In this document: one piece after another, positions 11,001 to 23,000 of the stretch
Numbering within the stretch: position 1 is the first letter of the stretch
Layout: the number at the start of each line of letters is the position of its first letter
From: Octopus sinensis
Lineage: Eukaryota
Direction of reading: 5' to 3'
DNA: 64,000 nucleotides
Assembly: GCF_006345805.1 (NCBI RefSeq)
Contig: NC_043014.1
Span: 50,158,001 to 50,222,000, forward strand
The notes under the pieces: generated by a model
Databases searched by the model: none
Told to the model about the DNA's origin: nothing
The model's input: the letters and a program-made list of their open reading frames with translations, nothing else
Translations under genes and position numbers: made by a program

Positions 11001-14000
11001 TGAACGGAAAATAGGGAGATATCGAGAAAAAGAATGAATGAGGTCTTAAAGCATGTGGTGTACAATAATGAATAGATATTTTTTTATCCGTTAACCGAAA
11101 GCAGCGATTCCGAAGAAACAAAGCGGCAATGGCGACAGCAAAGACAATTTTACATCAGAATGAAGTAAAAAAACTTTTTAAATGTTTTTATTAGCAATTT
11201 TTCTGAGGAGATAGTTTATCTATAGTCTTTCTTAGGAAGCGAAACCATTAGACTATTTTTTTCAGTATGCTTGTTTGGAGCGATCACTGTGGAAGCAAAC
11301 TGTTTCGCAGATTGTAAACAAACACAAAATGGGGGATCAAAATTCGGAAAATTTGTGAAGCAAAATACTAAGTACTGCAGTGGATTTAGTTTTTATACAG
11401 GGAAAATAATGTTAGTCGGCATGGCCTAGGGAACGATGTGGTCTGGAATTTATCACTTCCATACCATAACCAGGGCCATATATTATTTTTTGACCTATTT
11501 CTTTAGTTCGGTCAAACTTGCGGTGGATTCCAGTATTTCAGTTTATTCCACCTTTATGGTACACCCATTGTGCATTAAATTCAACTGATAAATCTAGTGA
11601 TGTGCACAATTCTTCTTTATCAAAATTTTGTTGCATACCCATTTGAATATTAGCTGATGATTCATTTTCTATGGTGATGTTTAAACAAAATTTTAATATT
11701 TTTACCTTTTGCTCAATTTAAAATGTTAATATTTTTACCTTTTGCTCAATTTACCTGGATTTACCTGTAATTAAAGTCACTTTGAGACAAAAGTTATGCA
11801 ATAGAATTGATTAAGAACCCTTTCTTTTAATTATGTTCCAAATATCATATTAATATGTTGATAAGTAAAAAAGTTACAGTAATTTAATGAAACAAGCCTA
11901 AATTCATGATTATTTTAGAATTTAATTGAAACTCATGAGGAATGTATTTTGGTCAGAAATATAGTAACGAAAGGGTTAAGTAAAATGTAAATCCCATATC
12001 AGGTGAGTTATATTTGCTGAGGAATGAGATAGGAAAGGATGAGACTTTACCATTTATAATTGCTGACTTGCTGTAAGCAATTTCCCACAAGTTTGTGATA
12101 TTTTGGCCAGTTTTCAATATTTTATGGTTAACAATTATCATGCCCAGCAGACTTATGCTCATTAAGTTTCCTAGCCTACAACACACACAGCCTTCCATAC
12201 ATAGTATGACTGCATTAGATGCAGAGCAATTTTTTTTCATATATTTATAACTAGAAAACTGCATCTTTACACACTGGCAAATATGGTATACGCATACACG
12301 CAATTCTAACAACCCAAGCAAATGTATAACAACAGCATTGAATAACAACCCTCATGATTTTGTTACTGATGAAAAGAATTTTAAGTGAAACGGAGACATT
12401 TAAAAATACAGGTAGTAAATATGTACACAGTTAGTGAGAAACTAAATATTAAAAACAAAAAGAAAAACATACAAAAAATAAAAGAAACAGACAAACAAGA
12501 CAGATAGACAGACAGACAGACAGACAAAGAAAAAGAACTGAGCCAGACATGCATAACTATGATTATCATCATCATCATCATAGTAGTACAGATGAAGTAG
12601 AACATTAATATGAAAGTTCATTTGGTAAATGTTTAATTTGTCAAGAGATTGATTGGAGAGAAACATCACAAGTCAAGAGAGTAAGCAATGATTAATAATA
12701 ATAATAATAATCATAATAATGATAATAATAACAATGACATGATCAAATCAGCAGTGAAGCCACAATTGAGAAATTTCATTATCAATACATTATATTCGCC
12801 ATTTAAATAAAAACAAAAAAACAAAAAAGAAAAAAAAAAGGGTCAGAAAGAAAGTCAAGAAATATTTAAGACAGTTCAATAGCTGAAATCATTAAAAATG
12901 AAATCTTACTCCTATCATTAGTGAGAAAATGTGGGGGGGCTGGAGTCACAAGAAATCATATACACACACACGTGTGTGTGTGTATGTGTAGAAGATTGAT
13001 GATGCAAGGACTGCATAAACACATCAGAGAGAAGTCAGAATTTATTGGTTGGACCAAATAAGAAACGTGAGAGGAAATGAGCGTGTGAAATAGAAAATCA
13101 ATGATTAATAAAACTGTAGTTAGTGTTGAGGAGAAAATTGACGAATCCAGGGATTGATTAATTGGGAAGACAAAAAATGAGAGAAAAAGCTTCTTTTCGA
13201 GTGGACAAGGAGAAACAGGATGAGACGAAGTATCACTGTCTAGAGAGAGAGATATATTTACAACAGTAGATAAAAAGTTTGAAAATATTAAAAAGACAGA
13301 TAATTGTAAGTAGATGTGGTTTCAGCATGCAAAAAAACAATGTAACAGCTTTTCACCAGTGGTCACTGAAGTTACAACTTTGGTCACAGTGACAGCAATG
13401 CCACTTGTTGTGCTAGTACTGATACCAGTAGGGTTCCTAGTAGAAGGGCTCATAGTGGTAAAATATGGATCTGCGCAAAAAATAAAGGGTTTTAACATGT
13501 CACTAAAATTGATTCATCTTATCTTGAAGATGCGAGATGCCGAAATGTTAGAGAAGGCGAGAGAGAGAGAGAGAGATAATAGGGGAGGGGGAAAAAAAAA
13601 AAGAAAAATAATAATACCAGCTAAGGATTACTAACGTGAAATTGGGTACTATAAAATATTAAAAACAAAATATTACGATTTCAATGGAAAGTTGAACAAA
13701 AAAAAAAAAATGCATGCGTAAAAAAAAGTAAAACCCAAGTAGACCAAACTTAAGGGTTTTGGTAGATTTAAAAAACAAATATCAAATAGAAAACAACTTT
13801 CAAAAAGTTCATCCCATTATAGGAGAGGTGCAATGGCAGACTTGAATGGCTAAAAGCAAAAGGGCTTCTGTCTATACTGATAGAGATGACGTCTTGAGAA
13901 CATTCATTGGTGTTTATAGAGAAATGTCTGTGAATGGGCATGTGTATATAATTATTGACATGTACATCAATGATGCGGATGTTACAGGGGACAGTAGACA

Positions 14001-17000
14001 GAAGGCTACCACATTTGGCAGGGGATCAGGAATTGCAAGCCCTAGAAGGAGCTATGCTACTAGAGATAGTGCTAACAGGACATAAGGTGCTTGGTCAACT
14101 CCAGCAGGATCACCCGAGTGAAGTATGTTTGATTTCTGAAAAACACCAAAACATCTAACAACCCCAGAAAACATCATTGATGATATATGTGTACAGGTGT
14201 ATCACAGGATGATGTATGGAATATATATACATTTCAATATTGGACTTATATGTATATATAATAATAAATATCCATCATGAAATTCAAATAAATATTAAAA
14301 ATGAAGAAAAAACATATTTTCTTACATCATTAACATTTGAATTTCAAACAAGTATAGTAAGTCCATTATTGAAAGATATTCAATGATTATTTCAATAAAT
14401 CCTTTTAAATTTTAAATATTCTACTTTATAGATTTCTTATGATGTGAAATATGACAAAAAAAACTTTTTACTCCTAGTTAATCAGTTTGCATCTTTTCCA
14501 TATTGAGTTTCTAAATTACAGTTTGTATCTTAAAACATTCCAATACATTCCCATTGCAATTTATATTGTGTGTGTGTGTATTAACAAGGATAACAATGGC
14601 TTCATGTAGGAAATTTTGTGAGATCCATGTAGTCTCATCCAACATGCATGCCAATAAGCAATATTCATAAGTGGAAATATTGAAAAATTAAGGAATTTCA
14701 CTATAATGAGACCAATAGTAGCATTGATAATCCAAAAATAAATATATTTATCCAACAAATGCAGTGTTGAGCACTCAAAAGGCCATTGTCAATACAAGGT
14801 GAATGAGGGACCTCAAAGCTTCCCCCTTCTTGAAGTGTTCAGAGGTTAAAGTATGAAAGACTGGGCAGAAACAAATTTCTCGCTGTTGAAGAGGTACATA
14901 GCTACTCCACATTATATAATGGTGATTGGGAGTAATTAGGGTAGAGCTAGAACTGGGAGATAAAGGTGGTGGGGGCAGACAAGAAAGGAATGGTGGGGAG
15001 TTTGAGGTTGGAAGAATATATGGAGAATGAGGGATGATTAGAAAGGGCCGGAGATGAATGTAATGAATGGTAAACAAGGGTTGAGGTGTGGTTTATGATA
15101 AATATGAGTTGGAAGGTGGTGGAGAATAGATGGCTAAAGATTGGTTAGGGTCAAGGGGTGGATGTGAATAGTAAACAAGGGTAGATGAATGGTTGATAAA
15201 CAGGAGTTGGAGAAAAGGTAAAAGAGAGTACATGATGACTGAGAGTCCAGAATAGTGATAATCGAATAGACATTGGGAGGATGAGAGAAAGCTGATGTGT
15301 GAATGGTGAGAGTGAGAGACATATGGTGAGTATGGTGATAAGGAAGGACATGTTAACAGGAAGTGGTTCAGGAAAGAAGGAGAGATAAGAAGGAGTAAAA
15401 AAGAATGATCAATGTAAAATCTAAGTAGAAAGAGGTAATGATAAAAATGGAAGATGGATGTCAAATGGAAGAAGTAGCTAGTAGAACGGATATAGATGAA
15501 ATATGTCGTACTTCTCCCACCGTTTAATTATAGCAACAGAACACTGCAATCAATGGACAAAGGGAGGAATATTGATACAAAGAGGAACAGGTGGCAGGAA
15601 AGACATAAGGTAATTGGGCAGGGAGTCCAGTTTTGAATATATACATTATGCTCCAAGGACTTCAGATTCATTGAGACAGGAAGGCCTTCTTGAGCATCAG
15701 GGATTGCCAATCAACCAAGCCTTTGTCATTTCCTCTTTGAGACTAAGGCCCAAGATCAGCCTTTACTACTTTGTTCCAAGTTTTGCCAAATCATCCTCTG
15801 CCACGTTAAGCTATTGCGGTCTTCTTTATATGGATTTCCTCAGCCATATGTATACCAGCACACTATCTCCAAGCCTTTTAATGCCTAACCTTTCTCTCAA
15901 CATATTAGGTTGAGGAAAAAAGGTTGTACGCCGTGTTAAAATAATGCATTTTTTAATATATACTTTTGTGGTGTGTGTGTGTGTGTTCATTCAGTTCATA
16001 TCATGTTCAATGGTGACTCACTATGTTCGTCGAAAACACGCTTTGTTTCAACAAGACAATGCAAGCCACAGACCACCAGTAACAAGATTGAAGAATTGGA
16101 CGGTGTTGAAGTTCTGCCGCATCCAGCCTATAGTCCAGACGTTGCTCCATCTGACTACAGTCTCTTCCGATCAATGCACCAATTTATGAAAGGTCGCTGA
16201 TTTGAGTCATTCAATGAAGCTGAAGAAGTCTGTCAAGAATTTTTCAATTCAAAGCCAAGGCATTGGTACTTTAACCAAATCCAAAAGCTTGCAGATCGTT
16301 GGCAGAAGGTCATGGAAAATGGTCTTTATTTTGAAGAACAGTTGTTTTTGAATAAATGCTTGCATTAAAAAAAAATCACTATTTTAACACAGCACACAAA
16401 TTTTTTCCCTCAACCTAATATTTATAATTTTCAGTTATGTACATGGCCATTGCATGTCCAGTGGAGAAATGCTAGCTTTATTTCTAATCACCACAAGTCT
16501 CCTGCAGTCTGGCCTCACATTTCACTACCTTGTAGCAAACCTGCCCATACACAAGCATTGTACAATTTGTTTCACAACCCTTTTTGCTACCAACTTATGT
16601 AACATATCTCTGAACTTTACTTCAGCCCGTTCTTATTCTAATAACTATATTTCCAGAACATCTTTCTCCACTGGTAATTAGATTACCTAGCAGCAGAAGC
16701 TATCTACTACCTCTAGGGGTCCTCCTGGACATTAGAGAAAATCTATTTCCCATACAGTCTTAGTGCTTATAGCTTCTGCACATCTGCTACATTCAAAGTT
16801 TACTTTCTCTGTTAACTTACCACAGAATCATTTTACCATTTTGCACTGGGTATACTGTGTGGAATTTCTACCAACCCCTTTTTGTACAAATTGAGTAAGG
16901 CCATTTCATCCCGCTCTACAAAATGCAACTTTTGCAATGTTTGGCCAAAGAAATAATTGCCATAAGAAGAATACAAACCAAAATGGCCATATCGACAATA

Positions 17001-20000
17001 ATTATGGGTTTCTAAAAATAAAAGGTGTCATTACATTAAATACACAGAATTGTTTTCACAAAGCATCAAAATTCCAAGAAATTCTCTACAGTTTGGAAGA
17101 GCACAAATTATAGTCACAGAAAACATTAACTTTCTTTTTATTTCCAGAATTTATAAATACCGTGCTTATATGAAGGTGCACTATGCCTCATGTTTTTACT
17201 CATTTCTGTCAATGAACAGTGGCCATGCTGGAGCACTGCTTTGAAAGACTTAAACAAACTGACCTCCCCAGTACGTACTTTTTGGCTGGTACTTCAACGC
17301 TCTCTCTCACTGAATGCTAAATTACAAAGATGCAAACCAACACAGGCTGTCAAACAGTGGAGGTACAAACGCAATATATGTTTCCACGCAGTTTCTATCT
17401 ACAAAATTCACTCACAAGGGCTGGGTTGGCCCAGGGATATAGCAGAAGACATTTATCCAAGGTACCAATCAGTGGGATTAAACCCATCATCATCATCATC
17501 GTTTAACATCTGCTTTCCATGCTAGCATGGGTTGGATGTATGACTGAGGGCTGGCGAACCAGATGGCTGCACCAGGCTCCAATCTTGATCTGACAGAGTT
17601 TCTACAGCTGGATGCCCTTCCTAACGCCAACAACTCCGAGAGTGTAGTGGGTGTTTTTTACGTGCCACTGGCATGGGGGCCAATCAGGCGGTACTGGCAA
17701 TGACCTAACTCGAATCTTTTTACACATGCCACCAGCACAGGTGCCAGTAAGGCGACGTTGGTAACGATCACGCTCAAATGGTGCCCTTTTACGTGCCACT
17801 GGCACGGAAGCCTGTTGGCTGCTCTGGCAACGATCACGCTCGGATGGTGCTCTTGGCACCCTACTAGCACGGGCACAAGTACCAGTAATGTGACGCTGGT
17901 AACGATCACGCTCGAATGGTGCCTTTTTTAAGTGTGTGTACATAGTATTCTGAGCAAAAATGTTTGACAATTTTCTTCTGTTGACATTGCTATGCATCCA
18001 GCACTTCACTACAAGTTAATTTTGTTCTCTAGATACAATGAAGTGAAGGTCATTCACAGCTTCGTAAATGATCGAAGTTCAAGTGATCATTGGTACTGTC
18101 AGAAAAGGACAGGACACACTAAACAACATAATGTACTATAGTGTCTACACTACAACACCTAACTTCATAGTCCTACTAGATCAGGTTTGACCAAGAGCTA
18201 ATCATCAACATTACAAGCACTGAATAATAAGCCTGCAGGGGACAAAATATGGAGGCAGGGCTTTACCAAATCAATTTGTTTTCAATACCATTATTACAAA
18301 ATACCATATGTGTGTGTAGATTCATTCTTTTACTGGTTTAAGCCACTTGATTGCAGCCAGGCACCTTTAGTTGAACAATTCAACCCCAGGACTTATTCTT
18401 TGTAAACCTAGTACTTATTCTATCAGTCTCTTTTGCTGAACCGCTAAGTTACAGAGACGTAAACACATCAAAATCTGTTGCCAAGAGGTGTTGGGAGACA
18501 AACACACACATAGATATATGTACCTACATATATATATATATATATATATTATATGTATACAACAGGCTTCTTTCAGTCTACCAAATCCACTCGCGCAAGG
18601 ATTTGGTCGGCCTGAGGCTAAAGTAGGAGACACTTGCCCAAGGTGCCACACAGTGGGACTGAACCCAGAACTATGTGGTTGGTAAACAAGCTCCTTACCA
18701 CACTGCCACACCGTGCTAGATTTTTTAATTTTTTAAACCTTGAACCTCAAGACTCATAAGATCAATTTCCTGGTTTCCATGGTCTGTAAGTGACCAAGAT
18801 CGGAACATTTCCCCACAACGGAATGCAGTTCAGTTGCAAGGTTCAAGACCAACAATATTTTGAAGTGAAGTGGACAAGTTGATTTCACTGATTCTAGTAC
18901 TTGACATGTACTTTATTTTACCAACCCCGAAGAGATGAAAGGCAAAACTGACTCCAGTGGGATTTGAACACAATGTAAATAGCCAGAAGAAATGTTGCTA
19001 AGCATTTTGTTAGACATAACAATTCTGCCTGCTCTCTGCCTTAGGTGTAATATTGGCTTCAAATCTGGCACAAGGCCAGCAAGTTCGTGGGGAGGGGGGC
19101 AAGTTGATTACAACAGCCCCAAAAAGATGAAAAGCAAAGTCAACCTTGTGGAATTTGAACTTAGAATGTAAAGATGGATGAATTGCTACTAAGCATTTTA
19201 CCTGGCATACTAATGATTTTGCCAGCTTGCCGTCTTGATGATGACGATAAAATTATCAATAATAATGATTTGAAAATCTGCCAGTTCACTACCTTAAGCG
19301 TGAGGTGTAACATTACATCTATTTCACATCATGAGAGGAAGATGTAACACAGCAGTCAGGGACATTTCACTTCTCTCACCAAGAAATTTTTTACCTCATG
19401 TTAAACATTTTCAGCAGAATTTGTTATTAAACAAATTTATTTCTTAACTGACTTATTTTCAGCAATTAAAAGAAAAATATTTCAATAACAAATTTCAAAT
19501 TTTATAAATACAGGAAAATTAATCTAAAATCTTGGTTGTCATTAAATGTCAATTTAAAATATAAATCATTGTAGGTGAAAGTCAATATCTTCATTCTCTC
19601 GTGTTACCTCTAATATTTGAAATGCTTGAAATAGTCAAAACCTGACTCTAAAACCACATCAAGTACTCAATACAGCACAAGGTGAAGGACAAATAGACAA
19701 ATAAAACCAGTAAAAATTGGATAATTTCAGACCCTCTGGTTTTGTCTATTTGTGCTTTCACCTTGTGCTGTATTGAATACAAGATGTGGTTTTAGAGTCG
19801 GGTTTTGACTGCTATTTCAAGCATGGTGATATCTCTTTGACGCCCTTATTTATAATGTTAATAATTATAATAACCTATATAGTTTTTCACTTTCATACTG
19901 TCGCTTGATTGCTTTTTAAAATAATGATCTTATCCTTATTTATATAGTAATATTTGAAATGCATTATTAGCATTAAAAAAAAAAAAAGCAAAAAAAAACC

Positions 20001-23000
20001 CAAAAAAACACAAGCATAAAACCATAAGGAAATGCTGACAAATACTTGTGCTGTTGTCAACAACTTCTGATTTTGGCACAAGGCCAGCAAATTTGAAGAG
20101 TGTGTGTGTGTGTGTGTGTGTCCATTACATCAACTCCAGTACTTGACAGGTACTTATTTTAACAATCTTGGAACGATCATAGGTAAAAGCGACCGTGGCA
20201 GAATTTGAACTTTAAGCACCAGAAGAAATGCTCAGCATTTTGTCCAGCATGCTAACGATTCTGCCAGCTTGCCACCTTAAATCACTAAAATTTATAATGA
20301 ATGATTAAAAAACAGCTCAATTCAGCCATATGATGGTTATTTGCTGGTTTTGAAACATGCCTCCATCTTAGACGGAAACTAATGTACAATAGACAATAAA
20401 ATCACAGTGAACAAATTGAAGATTTATTTTGAGAGAAAAACCATTCAATTTATATAGGCTTTAAAAAGAAAAAAATTCCATTATATCTGAAAATTGTAAT
20501 GACCAATCAGTATATATATACATATATAAATATATATATATGTATTTCAATTTTGACATGCTTAAACTAAAGTTTTATTCTAAACGTTACTTGTAACCTC
20601 CTTCCTTACTGTGCAACAAATCATATTAAAATAGAAAGATTATTAGGTTTTGAAAGAGAAAAATATATTAATTTATGGAAAAGTTTTGTCAATTCAAAAG
20701 CTATAAATGAAAATTAGTACAAAAAGACTTAATGGCAAGATTAAAAAAAAAAAAGAAAAGAAAAAAGAAAAAAAGAATCACTTATGGATTTCGATGGTTC
20801 TTCAGGATCTAAATTATTTTCTGAAAGGAAAAATGTAACTTGCAAATCACTAGTAAACAAAACAACACACAAATCAAATTTAAAAAATGCTGGAACAATT
20901 AGATAAGATCAAACAATGACCAAGTCAAATAGATAACATGTTAACTCCATCTTATAGTAGTAGTAGTAGTAATAATAGTATTGATTAGTTTCAGAGACAT
21001 GATTGAAAACTGTTGAAACTGCAAATGTCTAAAATTAAACTCATTTTCACATTGATTATTAGGAAACTATTTTAAGAAAGATCAGTAATAGCTGTACATT
21101 GATTGAGATACTGTGGTGTGAAATAAGAGAGAAGGAGGTAACTTAAGGGCAGAGAAGGACAAAAAGTCAAACAGCTTCTCAAAATAGTTAATTTATGAAA
21201 GAATTTTCAGAACCACAGAAGTTAATACTGTAGTTACAATTAACGACTTTAGAGAGAGAGAGAGAGAGAGAGAGAAAGCAATTTTTCTACAGTTGAAATA
21301 AGCTTAACAAGGCATTAAGAAAACCAATTTTCTCCCAACTGGATAAATAAAGATCAGCAGGTGGTACTCGGAGATATTATGTGTCAGACACATACCCTAT
21401 CTCTATAGAGGGGTAGGGTGTCTATGAGGTAGAAAACTAAAAAGAAGCCAACAAAGTGAGGTTCCCCCCACAACCGACTGCTTCTGTTTCTTAACAGAGA
21501 AGGTGGGGGGTTCCAAAAGCACAGGTAACTATGGAAAAAAACAAGGTAGAAAAAAGAATGAGCGTCAGTTGGTAATGCTGTGAAAAAGAGATTATATATT
21601 GCTTGGGTGTAAAATTGCAATATTGCATGAATGCCGACAATGAGGGGAAAAGTAGAAATAAAAGAGGAGAATACACACTATGGAATGCGTACTGCTAGTG
21701 GGGTGGAACAAAGGAACATAAAAGGAGCTGGGGAAAAGACAATTAGACTTTTTAGAGAGAGATGGAAGAAATGGTGATAGTTGATGCCTTGAGGATGAAT
21801 TTCATGTAGAAGGTAACAGAAGACTGCAAAAAGTCATCCCAAAATGAGCATAAAATGGTGATGAGGAATGTTATTAAAAACATGTTATTACAGTTATGAT
21901 TAGCTTACAAGTATTTCAGGATACTAAATGTTGAAATGAGGGCCTTAACTTGGAGCAAAGTTCGTAAGGAAAGAAATCAGAGGTAGAGGAATACAAGGAA
22001 GCTGGTGTGAGTGTTCTTGGTAACAGAAGTAGATACAACTGAAAATTAAATATTTTAATGGCTAACTTACCAAAAAAATGACTATAGTCACTTATTTGAT
22101 AAGTGCTAAGTAAATATATTCCTACATGAAGTCTATAAAGTAGGAAAAGTGGTGTATGAAGACAAAGAACTAGTTCCAGAATTAAGACAGTTTGATAAGG
22201 CTAGAAAGGTTTTTGATTTGGAAGAGAAATAAATGTAATTTTATTAAAACAAAGAAACTAGAGAGGAATCACAGATTTTAGCCTTCAGCATCTTACCTAC
22301 CTTTCAGCTGGAAATTGGAAAAAAAAATTTCTTAATTCAATGTATAAATATGAAAATGTATTGCAATGATGATGGATTATAGAATAAACGATCCAAGAAT
22401 AATGAAATGAAACCTTATGATGTGAATGGATTGGCTCATCAAAAATCAATAATGAAAATTAACAGACAGTAATTGACACACACGCACATATACAGAGAAT
22501 TTCAATAGCAGAGAATTCAGAAATATAAAGCAATGAAAAGTGTGAGCTTCTAGTCAGTTAACAAAATGGGAGAAGAGAAAGAGCAAAACACACTCACACA
22601 CACCATGCAATAAAAGGTTTGTTAAACCAGAAATTGAAAAACCTCCCTTTGCACTCCTACACTAAATATTTCAAGCTTATTAAGATATTAAAATTCTGAC
22701 TGCCCACATGATAGCAATTTTTTGTTTGTTTATTTAATTTTTTTTAGTTTTTAAAATAGACTAGTTAAAAAATTTTTTTTTTCATAACGAAGATCTTCGG
22801 AAGGGACCTATTTAGTAGGTGGGAATCAATGAGTATTGAGTGGAAAAGGTTAACAGAAAAATATGAACAATTACTGGAACTGTTTTAAGCAGATCAATCA
22901 ATAGGTTTGAGAGCGTGTTAGTAGCAGAGCAGTTTTATAGAGCAAAATAAAGATTCTCTTGCGGCAGATACTTAGCAGTCTCAGAATTTTGTGAGAAAAT

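Noticed and set aside
12956-13239. 94-codon open frame from a tctctctctag acceptor containing [11 protein letters not shown], as a possible TM exon
   Set aside because: Lacks NCAM TM/juxtamembrane motifs; pyrimidine-rich strands are stop-poor by composition
13314-13634. Plus-strand ORF of 106 aa (and 13846-14085)
   Set aside because: Antisense shadows of cassette E and the 14135 region; no domain similarity
13636-13648. 13-nt AG/GT-bounded segment TACCCAATTTCAC
   Set aside because: Not a multiple of 3; would put exon E out of frame into a stop; within pseudo-exon background
13790-14135. Three in-frame TGA codons in the phase-1 frame, suggesting selenocysteine readthrough near a tRNA-Sec copy
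   Set aside because: No SECIS recognised, no selenoprotein similarity; the tRNA copy is defective and tRNAs act in trans, so proximity means nothing
22071-22105. 35-nt segment with GTAAGT donor
   Set aside because: Stop in phase 1 and poor acceptor; shows that chance pseudo-exons occur here
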